Positions 1 through 9,276 of a stretch of 64,000 bases of DNA are shown here, in pieces. The notes under the pieces are model-generated. The model ran no database searches and was not told where the DNA came from. It was given only the letters and a program-made list of their open reading frames with translations. Origin of the DNA: Candidatus Latescibacterota bacterium (GTDB lineage: Bacteria; Latescibacterota; UBA2968; UBA8231). Within the stretch, counting starts at the first letter, position 1. Each line of letters opens with the position of its first letter. Location: NCBI GenBank assembly GCA_965215195.1, contig CBDCDC010000002.1, positions 3,008,001 through 3,072,000 of the forward strand, in the 5' to 3' direction. The translations under genes were made by a program, and so were the position numbers.

Positions 1-1
1 G

Positions 2-193
2 CGGCTAGGGTCGGCTACCGAGGCCGTGCAGCCAGCCGTGGTGGCAGCCCTAGACGATCCCAACCGCTACGTCAGCGCCAAGGCGGCCAAGACCTTGGCG
101 CGCATTGGGACGCCGGAGGCGACGGAGATTTTGTTCGACTATTTGTTCGCCGCCCGCTGGTGCTCCATCACCACTAAGCATACGCCGTATTAA
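2..193 (+). CDS. 3' end of a HEAT-repeat protein (partial, runs off window)
   Basis: Frame 2 is open from the edge and reads RLGSATEAVQPAVVAALDDPNRYVSAKAAKTLARIGTPEA...TPY*, with TAA at 191-193; HEAT-like pattern. Confidence 0.7.
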   Translation, partial: RLGSATEAVQPAVVAALDDPNRYVSAKAAKTLARIGTPEATEILFDYLFAARWCSITTKHTPY

Positions 194-228
194 TAGATCG
201 CCGCTAGCCGTTTAGGTGCAGGGCTAAG

Positions 229-394
229 TACACGACACCTAAAGTAGACGCCACTTACTTTGAGTACGCATTTCGGGATCGAGGGCAAGATGCCCTCGGT
301 CCTTGGCAGGCTGAGGTTCTGCTGTTTCCGATGTGTCCGGGATCGAGGGCGTCCCGCCCTCGGTCCTTGGCAGGCTGAGGGCTGGTGTCGTGTA
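229..394. mobile_element. MITE-like non-coding element enclosing two REP-like hairpins
   Basis: 11-bp inverted ends TACACGACACC (229-239) / GGTGTCGTGTA (384-394); flanking near-direct repeat GGTGCAG(G/T)GCTAAG at 215-228 and 400-413. Confidence 0.5.
274..380. repeat. Two 43-bp direct repeats, each a REP-like palindrome
   Basis: CGGGATCGAGGGC-[AAGAT|GTCCC]-GCCCTCGGTCCTTGGCAGGCTGAGG at 274-316 and 338-380; only the 5-nt loop differs. Confidence 0.85.
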
Positions 395-474
395 GTAAGG
401 GTGCAGTGCTAAGATATAGCCGTAAAAATTGCAGAAGGTCATTGACGACGATCTCAAGGACCGCATTGCCTACA

Positions 475-566
475 AAAACCTCGCCGCGCCAATCAAGCGC
501 TTCAACCGGCGCACCCACCGCAGACGGTGTGCATTTACGATCCAGCGGAACTGTGGGCCGTCAATC
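475..566 (+). repeat. Left copy of a bipartite direct repeat flanking the FlgD gene pair
   Basis: AAAACCTCGCCGCGC(C/T)AATCA at 475-495 vs 6130-6150; AGCGGAAC(T/G)GTGGGCCGTCAATC at 544-566 vs 6166-6188. Confidence 0.75.
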
Positions 567-681
567 CCGCCAATCCCGCACGCCTGAGAGGAGATGTCGT
601 GGCTGATCCCAGAATCGCCAAGGCGGTATTCTACGACGGCGACTTGTGCCTCGGCGTCAGTATTATCTAGTAGGGCAAAAG

Positions 682-2613
682 ATGAAGACGGCGAGATCGT
701 ATCCTCTACTCCTCCTGCTCAGTCTTTGCCCGCCCCTGCACGTGCAGGGGCTGACCATTTACCGCATTGGTGGGGCTGACCAACCGCCGCCCACGCTGGA
801 CGTGCCCTATGAATTCGCACACGTGTCTTGGAGTGAAATTACCGCAAGCGGCCAGACCCAATCCCTGCAATTGCAGGCGGAATATATCGAGCCTAAGCAG
901 CTAGAGGCCTCAGTCAATCTCATCCCGTCCCTTGTCGAAAACGGCGGTTTAATCCTCACCACCGGCGGCTACGATGGCTTGGTTGCGCCCGGCGAGAGCG
1001 AGTTGGTCTCTTGGGATGGCGACATTGAGACTGCTTACCAAGGGGACGAGACGGTTTCATGGCGGGGAATCTTCAACCGCCGGGAAAATAGGTCGGACCG
1101 GCCCTTCAAGTACTGGGTTTTCGATCTGGGGGGACGCTTCACTATCCAGAAGATCCGTTTCCATCCGAGGGATCGCTTCCGCTTTGAGCGCTTTGCGGAA
1201 AGTTTTATCGTCGGCGTTAGCGATGGCGATCCCTCCAAGGACGGGAATCGGGACCTCAAGGTCGCCGAGGAATTGGACTTCGACGAGGTTCACAACATCC
1301 GCGAAAACACAGACGCCGTGGTCGAACTGGAATTCCCCCGACGAGCAGTGCGCCAGCTCTTGTTTGCTGTCCGCCGCAATATCCGCAGTTTCTGGGAGAT
1401 CGCCGAAATCGAAATTTACGGGACCGGCTTCAGCGCCTTTGCCCGCTACGAATCCACTATTATCGATATAGGCCAGCCCCTCGTTTTAGGCCCCTTGGCT
1501 TGGGCCGGCGATCAGCCTCTGGGAACGAGTATCAAAGTGCGGACCCGGCTGGGCGATGACCCCGACCCCAACCTGTACTGGCGCACCACGTTTCGCGGCG
1601 AGGAGAAGACTCTTTTTGACCGCCAAGGTAGGTTGCTGACGCAGGAGACGTACGCGACCCTGCAATTGGGGGAACGCGCCGGCACGACCCACGATACCCG
1701 CAATTGGAGCGATTGGAGCGCCCCCATCGCCTTGGCTGCCGGGACCGGGCGCCCGATTGGGGACCGGCCGCGGCGCTTTGCTCAGGTGCGGGCCGATTTC
1801 CACTCGCAGCCCGAATCCGGCGGTCGCCTAAACTATCTGCAATTCGCCGCTTCCCAGCCCCGGGCGACACATATTGCTGCAGAGATTGTGCCGACACAGG
1901 TCCGCCCCGGCCAGACCACGTCTTTCACCTACAAGATGCTGCCCCATTTTGATGGCGATGAACCGGGATTCGACCAAGTGGAAATCGACACGCCTCGGCG
2001 CGCGGTGAGCGTCGATGCCGTGCGCATTGACGGGCGCGGCGAAGCCTTTGCCGTGGTCAGGCTGGATCAGTCGGGCTTTGCCGTGCAGATTCCCCACATC
2101 GACTTGCGGCGGACGCTAGATCTCATCGAAATCGACTTCAAGGCTCAGGTGTTTCAGTACGGCACTGTTTTCTCGGGGCGAGTTTCCGACAGTACTCAAC
2201 CCTACGAGGTGGCCCAAGCGGTGGTCGCGGGAGACGCGGATGTGCAAAATGACAGCGCGACGTTGCAGGTGGTCTTGGCGGACGTCGGCCTCGAGTCTAT
2301 CGGTCGGATGGAATTGGACTCGCCGATTTGTACGCCCAACAGCGACGGGGTCAACGACGAGATGCGCCTTGAATACGACTTGCTCAATCTGGCCGGCACG
2401 GCGCGCGTGTATGTCGATCTGTGCGATCTGAGCGGCCGCAAACTGTGGACCAGCGACCGGATTGCTCACTCGAGTGGCCGCTTTGCGGTGGCTTGGGATG
2501 GTCGCGACGACAGCGGTTTGCTGCTGCCGCCGGGGGTTTACCTGTTGCGCTTAGAGGTGGGAACTGATAAGGGAAAGGACCGCGTCAGCCGGATCGTTTC
2601 GCTGGTTTACTAG
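682..2613 (+). CDS. Secreted discoidin-like / FlgD-Ig (CHU_C-like) C-terminal domain protein, type A
   Basis: Signal peptide MKTARSYPLLLLLSLC; DLGGRF..IRFHPR and WEIAEIEIYG; C-terminal TPNSDGVND...WDGRDDSG..LPPGVY; paralog of 52009-53856 and 45137-46987. Confidence 0.8.
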   Translation: MKTARSYPLLLLLSLCPPLHVQGLTIYRIGGADQPPPTLDVPYEFAHVSWSEITASGQTQSLQLQAEYIEPKQLEASVNLIPSLVENGGLILTTGGYDGLVAPGESELVSWDGDIETAYQGDETVSWRGIFNRRENRSDRPFKYWVFDLGGRFTIQKIRFHPRDRFRFERFAESFIVGVSDGDPSKDGNRDLKVAEELDFDEVHNIRENTDAVVELEFPRRAVRQLLFAVRRNIRSFWEIAEIEIYGTGFSAFARYESTIIDIGQPLVLGPLAWAGDQPLGTSIKVRTRLGDDPDPNLYWRTTFRGEEKTLFDRQGRLLTQETYATLQLGERAGTTHDTRNWSDWSAPIALAAGTGRPIGDRPRRFAQVRADFHSQPESGGRLNYLQFAASQPRATHIAAEIVPTQVRPGQTTSFTYKMLPHFDGDEPGFDQVEIDTPRRAVSVDAVRIDGRGEAFAVVRLDQSGFAVQIPHIDLRRTLDLIEIDFKAQVFQYGTVFSGRVSDSTQPYEVAQAVVAGDADVQNDSATLQVVLADVGLESIGRMELDSPICTPNSDGVNDEMRLEYDLLNLAGTARVYVDLCDLSGRKLWTSDRIAHSSGRFAVAWDGRDDSGLLLPPGVYLLRLEVGTDKGKDRVSRIVSLVY

Positions 2614-3722
2614 CATTTTGCAAAAGGCATCTACATGACGGGATTTGGACGCTTCCTGTTAGTCTTGCTACTGACCCATATTCAAGAGGTCTGGGCCCAA
2701 GAGGCCGGCCACCGGGTCCGAGACAATCAGGTCGTCATCAACAGTCGCAACCACTGGCAAAACTGGACCTTTCCGCACGGCACCCTAGCCATTTCTCCAG
2801 AGGGAGCGGTGCAGGCGCAGCGCATTGAGAAAAATACCAATGCGGCCTTAGATATCGTCGATTACCTGCGCTTCAATCCTCCCGCCGCGCTAGGCGACAG
2901 GGAGCCCGAGACCATCGACTTGGCCGACGCCATTGAGGGTGGCTCTAATGTCGCCGACGTGGCCAAGGTATTCGACGGCGATATGACCACCTATTGGGAA
3001 CCTGCTCCCCCCAGCGATGCGATCGATTTGGCCGCGCAGTGGTGGTTTGTCGTCGATATGGGCCGCTTGGTCTTCGCTAAGAAACTCGTCGTGCGCTTTG
3101 TGGAGGAGAGCCTAGGCGATCCCTTTCTCCTCTTTGAGGTTCTAGTCTCCGATGGCCTTGAACCAAAGCGCTTGCAGGGGAGCGGAACGCGCGCCTTTGC
3201 GACTGTGCTGCGCACCTTGAGCAGAAACAAGAACCAGCGGGTCTTTGCCGTGGACCTGACTGGGCAGACCCCCACACTAGAGGCAGCTCCCGTGCGCTTT
3301 GTGCAGTTTCTGGTGACGGGTACCGCTGGACCGCTGGGAGCGGAAATTTCCCGTGCGGAATACGAAGCACTGGCCGCGGATCGGGGTGCCGTCCAGTACT
3401 TCAAGCGGCAGTTGAATGGCCGCGAAGTGCCCGTCGCGCAAAAAGTGTACGAGCTTCTCGACGAGGAGCGCCGGGGTGGCATCCGCTACTTCCGCCGGGA
3501 GCGGCCCCGCCTAGCCGAATTAGAGGTGTGGAACGAAGGGGACGAACTCGTCGCTGGCCTGCTGGAGCGCGGCGGCGTCATCGCCACTACGGCCGCGCAG
3601 ACCTTAGCCCTTAAGAGTTTGATCGATGGCGACTTGGCCAGTTTCAGCGGCATTTACTTTGGCGTCGAATCCGCGGTGGCCAATCCCGAAAAGGAGTTGG
3701 TCTTTGATCTAGGGGCTTTCTA

Positions 3723-4607
3723 ACCAATGGTGCTAGTGAGTTGACCGTGGTCAAGGTAGTTCCTACGCTGAGGGTATCCCCCCTTTCAGCGAAGGAGCGT
3801 CCCATGACCACGGCCGAGTTTATAATAGCCCTGTTCTGTCGAATCGACCACCAGATGGGCGATGTGCCCAAACACCCCCAAGCCGCCTTATATCCCAGCG
3901 AAACGGTGACCTTGGCGGTTCTGTATGCGCTCAAAGGGGGCGGCAAACGGGCGTTTTATCGCTGGGTAGCGCGCGATTGGCGCGCCTTTTTTCCGCGCCT
4001 GCCCGAGCGCACCCGCTTGTTCCGCCTGTTTGCCGCCCATGCGGACTGGACCGATCGCTTTCGAGCGGACCCCACCCCTTTAGGCGTGATCGATAGCTAT
4101 GGCATCGAGTTGATCCATCCAGTACGCGAAGGCCGCTCCGCTCACCCTATCGGCCGGAAAGGGCGGTCCAATCACCGCTGGATCGTCGGCGGCAAGCTGG
4201 GCTTGATCGTCAACCAATGGGGCTTGATCGTCGATTGGGATTGTAATACCGCCAATGTCCACGATACGGTCTTTCACCCGATGATTGGCCGCTACGAAGA
4301 GCAGATGATCCTCCTCAGCGACCAAGGCTTTCATGCCAAAGCCGGTGATCCGGCCAATCTGAAAGTGTGTCCCCGCAAAACGTGGGGCGAGCGTATGGTC
4401 ATCGAGACCGTCTTTTCCATGCTGACCCGCATCGGGCACTTCAAGCGACAGACCCATCGAGCCTGGGCCTACTTTAGAGCGCATCTGAGCTTTGCCATGG
4501 CCACCTTCAACCTGCTGGTTCAGTGGCACGGGTTGCAACCCGATGAAAATGGATTCGTCCGCTTGTCCATCGCGGAATTTAGCTTGTAGCCCACTAGCAC
4601 CATTGGT
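3723..4607 (+). mobile_element. IS982-family insertion sequence, copy 1 (885 bp)
   Basis: TIR ACCAATGGTGCTAGTG / CACTAGCACCATTGGT; TSD TTCTA at 3718-3722 and 4608-4612; near-identical copy at 33403-34287. Confidence 0.9.
3804..4589 (+). CDS. IS982-family DDE transposase
   Basis: AAGGAG RBS before ATG; FFPRLPERTRLFR, IDS, GGKLGLIVN...ANVHD, LSDQGF and IETVFS motifs typical of IS982. Confidence 0.85.
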   Translation: MTTAEFIIALFCRIDHQMGDVPKHPQAALYPSETVTLAVLYALKGGGKRAFYRWVARDWRAFFPRLPERTRLFRLFAAHADWTDRFRADPTPLGVIDSYGIELIHPVREGRSAHPIGRKGRSNHRWIVGGKLGLIVNQWGLIVDWDCNTANVHDTVFHPMIGRYEEQMILLSDQGFHAKAGDPANLKVCPRKTWGERMVIETVFSMLTRIGHFKRQTHRAWAYFRAHLSFAMATFNLLVQWHGLQPDENGFVRLSIAEFSL

Positions 4608-6129
4608 TTCTATTGGATCGATACCTATCGGCTGGCCTATAGCGGCCTCGGAGGAACTCGCTTCGGCTCTTTTCTCAACTATCGGATCGGCTTTTCCGAC
4701 GGCTCTCTAGCCGCTGACGGCGAACTCAAATGGACCACTCGGGCCACCAAGAGCCAGCGTCAAACCGCCCGCGGCGCGGCCCCGAAAGCTCGCTTTGAAG
4801 GCACCCAATTCGAGCCGATCAAAGCCCGCTTTGCCCGCATTCAGTGGACCATGGAGCTCATCGGTGCCCAGATCGCCACCATGGCGGAGATGCAGCTATA
4901 CGGGGAGGGTTTCCAGCCGGAAGTGAGCCTAGAATCCGACCTGATCCGGCTGGACGGCAGCCGCAACCTGCACACCATTGAGTGGGACGCCGACGAGCCA
5001 CCGGATACGCAAGTCCTGATCCAGACTCGCACTGGCGACGAGTTGGGTCAAAAACGCCACTACTTCAAAAACGACGGCACTGAAGTGACCGCGGAGCAGT
5101 ACGGCAAGCTGCTGTCGATCTTTAAGGGCGATATCGTCGCCGAGGAAGTGCCTAAGGGGAACTGGAGCGACTGGAGCGAGCCATATACCCGGGCCGAGGG
5201 CAGCCCTATTACCTCGCCGTCCCCGCGGCGATTCCTCAAAATTCGGGCAACCTTGCTGTCGGCCGACCCGGCTCTCAGTCCGATACTGCGCTCGGTCCGG
5301 CTCGATTTCTCCGACCCTGTGGCGCAGAGTTTGCGGGCCGAGATCGCGCCCTTTCAGGTGGATCGGCTCGGCGTTGAGCGCTCTTTTTCGCTCTATGTGC
5401 AGCCCCGCTTTGAGCGCCTAGACCCCGGCTTTGACGAGCTGCTCCTCACCGCCCCGGCCAATATGACGCTGAGCCTAGTCGGGGTCTTTGGCGGACGGGT
5501 GGATGAGTTCAACGCGGAGGCAGACGGAGTGCCGGCTCTGGAACGCGTGGAGGTGGTGCCGACGGCACCGGACTCGCTGCTAGTGCGCTTTCCCAGAGTT
5601 GGGCCCGGCAGCGCGATAGAGGTTCTGCGGCTCGATTTTGCCGCCGCCCTCTTTACCACGGGTGCCGTCTTGCAGGCGTCTCTGCGCAACAACGGGGGTA
5701 CTTGGCAGCGGGTCGACCCGGGCGATGTGCTGGCGCATGTCCCCGGCAATACCACTACGGTGGTTAGTTCCTTTAAGCCCCAAGCTCTGCTCGCGGATGT
5801 GGCAGTGCGCCCCGCTGTGTTTTCGCCCAATGGGGACGGGATCAACGACCGGACTTTTTTCCTTTTTAAGGTAGTGAGGGTGGAAGACGATAGTCCGGTG
5901 GAGGCCGCGGTTTGCCAGCTCAATGGCCGACGGGTGCGCGTCCTCGGCAGACAGCGGGCCCTAAGCGCCGGCTCGTATAAAATTAGCTGGGATGGACGGG
6001 ACGAGGACGGAGACCTAGTGCCTCCGGGCCTGTACTGCGTGCGCTTGCACATCCGGACCAATACGGCCGGAGCCGAGGTCGATAACAAGACCGTCCTGCG
6101 CACGGTGGCTGTCGCCTATTGACGGGGCC

Positions 6130-6188
6130 AAAACCTCGCCGCGCTAATCAGAGAGAGCACCGCCTAGCGGAACGGTGGGCCGTCAATC
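6130..6188 (+). repeat. Right copy of the bipartite direct repeat
   Basis: Matches 475-495 and 544-566 with one mismatch each. Confidence 0.75.
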
Positions 6189-6249
6189 TGTTCTGCGTTG
6201 GGAACCCGAATGGGATTGGCCCCGCGATACGTATAAAGAGCTTATAAAT

Positions 6250-6966
6250 ATGTCCACGCACTCCAAAATCGAGTGGACCGAGACTACGTGGAATCCGGTG
6301 ACCGGTTGCACGAAAATCAGCCATGGCTGCAAGCATTGCTATGCCGAAAGGATGTCGCAAAGGCTGCAAGCGATGGGGGCCAAAAAATACAAACGCGGGT
6401 TTGCGGTTGCGGTCCACCCAGAAGCGGTTCGCGAGCCGATTAGCTGGAAGAAGCCTCGCCTGGTATTCGTCAATTCCATGTCTGATCTGTTCCATAAGTC
6501 CGTTCCCTCAGTCTTTATAGAGTCGGTATTTGCAACTATGAACGAGGCGTCTCAGCACACGTTCCAAGTGCTTACCAAACGTCCAGATCGCGTTGCGCGA
6601 CTCGATGGAAGGCTGAACTGGACGCCAAACATCTGGCTTGGCACGAGCATTGAATCTTCAAGATGGTTGGGGCGGATGGCACGGCTCAAGGAAACCGGGG
6701 CGCAGACGAAGTTCCTGTCTCTCGAACCTCTGCTCGGTCCTTTATCTGATATGGACTTAACGGGCATTGATTGGGTAATCGTCGGCGGTGAATCTGGTCC
6801 GGGTGCCCGGCCGATGAAAGCCGACTGGGTGCGAGCCATCCGCGACCACTGTGTGCGGAGCGATGTGCCGTTCTTCTTCAAACAATGGGGCGGCGTATTC
6901 AAGAAGAAGACGGGCCGGACGCTGGACAACAAAACGTGGAATCAAATGCCAAAGCCCTTTACCTAA
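6250..6966 (+). CDS. DUF5131 / phage Gp37-Gp68 family protein
   Basis: SKIEWTETTWNPVTGCTKISHGCKHCYA, FVNSMSDLFH, FLSLEPLLG, WVIVGGESG, FFFKQWGG. Confidence 0.9.
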   Translation: MSTHSKIEWTETTWNPVTGCTKISHGCKHCYAERMSQRLQAMGAKKYKRGFAVAVHPEAVREPISWKKPRLVFVNSMSDLFHKSVPSVFIESVFATMNEASQHTFQVLTKRPDRVARLDGRLNWTPNIWLGTSIESSRWLGRMARLKETGAQTKFLSLEPLLGPLSDMDLTGIDWVIVGGESGPGARPMKADWVRAIRDHCVRSDVPFFFKQWGGVFKKKTGRTLDNKTWNQMPKPFT

Positions 6967-6977
6967 AAGGAGACGCC

Positions 6978-7554
6978 ATGGCCGACCCCAAAATCACCAA
7001 GATCGAAAACATTTACTTCGCCCATCAGATCGAAAACATGGGCACCGACTACAATGGCTTCAACCAAGTTTACCAGAAGGGCGCGACGCTCCCGCTGACG
7101 AATTGCCTAGTACGCGTCCACACCAGTATGGGCATTACCGGCGAATGCCTCGGCCGTCCGGTGCCCGAAAACGTCGCCCGTTACCTTCTGGGCCGCGACC
7201 CGTTTGCCCGCGAGCGGATGTACAACGATCTCAAACGCGGTCTGCGCCACTCGGCCCGCACCGACATCTGCGCCGTTGACGTGGCGCTGTGGGATTTCGC
7301 GGGTAAGGTGTACGACGCGCCTATCTGGCAGCTTTTGGGCGGCTGGAGAAAGATCATTCTCGCCTATGCTTCGACGTACCACGGCGATGAAAACGGCGGC
7401 CTGAGTACGCCGGAAGCCGCCCGAATTCACCGACGAGCTGGAAAACGTCGATGCCCAAGGCCACGTGCCCGTGCCGCAAGGGCCGGGTTTGGGCGTGGAC
7501 ATGGATTGGGAGTACATTGAAAGACACAAGTGCGGCGAAACAGTGTTTGACTAA
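6978..7554 (+). pseudogene. Mandelate racemase / enolase-superfamily gene with a large internal deletion
   Basis: N-terminus (VDVALWDFAGK..PIWQLLGG..AYAST) joins out of frame near 7420 to the family C-terminus (GHVPVPQGPGLGVDMDWEYI...*); the catalytic barrel is missing. Confidence 0.8.
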
Positions 7555-7595
7555 GTAGGAGTATTCGTCCTCTACAGCAAACGAGGAGGTTTCCC

Positions 7596-8384
7596 ATGCG
7601 GCGGACAATCGCGGTAGCAGTGCTCGTGGGGCTGGTCTGTTTGGCGGGAGGCTGTGTCATAGGAGAGGTAAGTATCGGCGCAGGCGAGAAAATTGAAGGA
7701 TCGGGAGATGTCGTCAGCCTAGAATTGGATTTCGACGACTTTACGCGGGTTGAGCTGACCCACGCCGCTCAGGGCACCATCGCGCCGGGCGACGAGTACC
7801 GGGTGGTCATCCGCCTCGACGACAATATCATTGACCGCCTGCGCGTCAATAACACCAAAGTGCGCGTTGAGGGCCATAAAGCCCAATTTGCCGATGGGAC
7901 GCGCTCGGGTGACGAACTGAAGATCGGGCTCGAAAACGGCTCGTACAGCAATATCACCTTCGACATCGAAATCGCCATGCCCAACTTTACAGGCCTCGGG
8001 CTCAGCGGTGCTGCTCGCGCCGAGCTATCCGGTTTCGCGGTAGCTCATGCCGTCAACTTTGACCTCAGCGGTGCCAGCCACCTTGCGGGCGCGATCAATA
8101 CCGGCTCATTGAATTGCCAGTTATCCGGTGCCAGCCACCTCCAACTCAGCGGCAGCGGCGACGATCTCGTCGCCCACGCCTCGGGTGCCAGTAACCTCCA
8201 GCTCGGCGATTTTGTCTGCGAGGACGCCGATATTGACTTCAGCGGTGCCAGCCGCGGGACTGTCAACGTCCAAGGTACCCTCGACGCTCGGCTGAGTGGT
8301 GCCTCTTCGCTCAGCTACAAGGGCAATCCCACCCTCGGCAGCGTCTCGACCAGCGGCGCTTCGGTGCTGCAGGACGCCAATTGA
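7596..8384 (+). CDS. DUF2807 / head GIN domain lipoprotein
   Basis: GAGGAGG RBS; lipobox-like LAGGC; repeated LSGAS beta-helix motif; ends YKGNP..SGAS. Confidence 0.85.
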   Translation: MRRTIAVAVLVGLVCLAGGCVIGEVSIGAGEKIEGSGDVVSLELDFDDFTRVELTHAAQGTIAPGDEYRVVIRLDDNIIDRLRVNNTKVRVEGHKAQFADGTRSGDELKIGLENGSYSNITFDIEIAMPNFTGLGLSGAARAELSGFAVAHAVNFDLSGASHLAGAINTGSLNCQLSGASHLQLSGSGDDLVAHASGASNLQLGDFVCEDADIDFSGASRGTVNVQGTLDARLSGASSLSYKGNPTLGSVSTSGASVLQDAN

Positions 8385-8409
8385 ACGATCTGAAAATAGG
8401 AGCATACCC

Positions 8410-9264
8410 ATGCAGCGACGTCCCTACGGCAGCACTGGTGAACACCTCTCTGTAATCGGCTTCGGCGGCATCGTCGTCAGCCAAGTGGAAGCGGTCGAAG
8501 CTGCCCGCTTGGTGGGACGAGCCGTTGAGCGCGGCGTCAATTACTTTGACGTGGCCCCGACCTACGGCAACGCCGAGGAGCGCTTGGGACCGGCCTTGGA
8601 ACCGCATCGCAGCGATGTATTCTTGGCCTGCAAGACTACCCAGCGCACACGGGCCGGGGCCGCCGCCGAGTTGCGCCAATCCCTCAAAACCATGCGCACC
8701 GATCACTTCGACCTGTACCAATTGCACGCCATGACCACGGCCGAGGATTTCGCCGCAGCCACCGGCCCCGACGGCGCCTTGGCGGCATTCGTGGAGGCCC
8801 GCGATCAAGGCTTGGTGCGCTATATAGGTTTTTCAGCTCACTCGGCTGAAATCGCCTTGCAACTGCTGGACTATTTCCCCTTTGACTCGGTGCTCTTCCC
8901 GGTCAACTGGGTCAATTACTTCCAAGCCGACTTCGGCCCCCAAGTCGTGGCCAAGGCTCAAGAGCGAGGCACCGCCTGTCTCGCCCTGAAAGCCATGGCC
9001 CGCTCGCGCCTGCCCCAAGGGGCACCCAAACGCTACGCCAAATGCTGGTACGATCCCATTGACGAGCCGGAACTAGCCGAACTGGCACTGCGCTTCGCCC
9101 TATCCCAGCCCATCACTGCCGCCCTACCGCCCGGGGAGGTCCCCCTCTTTGAAATGGCCCTCGACATGGCCGACCGCCTTGCGCCGCTTATGGCCGCCGA
9201 AGTGGCGGACTTGCGGGTCCGCGCCGAGGGGAACGCACCGCTGTTTGAGTTGGCGGCCACCTGA
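8410..9264 (+). CDS. Aldo/keto reductase
   Basis: LSVIGFGG, GVNYFDVAPTYG, FLACKT, DLYQLH. Confidence 0.9.
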   Translation: MQRRPYGSTGEHLSVIGFGGIVVSQVEAVEAARLVGRAVERGVNYFDVAPTYGNAEERLGPALEPHRSDVFLACKTTQRTRAGAAAELRQSLKTMRTDHFDLYQLHAMTTAEDFAAATGPDGALAAFVEARDQGLVRYIGFSAHSAEIALQLLDYFPFDSVLFPVNWVNYFQADFGPQVVAKAQERGTACLALKAMARSRLPQGAPKRYAKCWYDPIDEPELAELALRFALSQPITAALPPGEVPLFEMALDMADRLAPLMAAEVADLRVRAEGNAPLFELAAT

Positions 9265-9276
9265 AAGGAGCAACCC

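Larger units (their letters stand above)
2635..6122 (+). pseudogene. Discoidin-like / FlgD-Ig protein, type B, interrupted by an IS982-family element
   Basis: Removing 3723-4607 plus one TSD copy restores an 865-aa frame reading DLGAF|YWIDTYR, matching DLGALFWVDTIR of paralog 49656-51998; C-terminal FSPNGDGIND...WDGRDEDG. Confidence 0.85.

Noticed and set aside
274-380. CRISPR array
   Set aside because: Only two units, a 21-bp spacer, variation inside the loop and no cas genes; REP-like instead
6250-6966. Prophage, suggested by the Gp37/Gp68-family gene
   Set aside because: No integrase, structural or replication genes nearby
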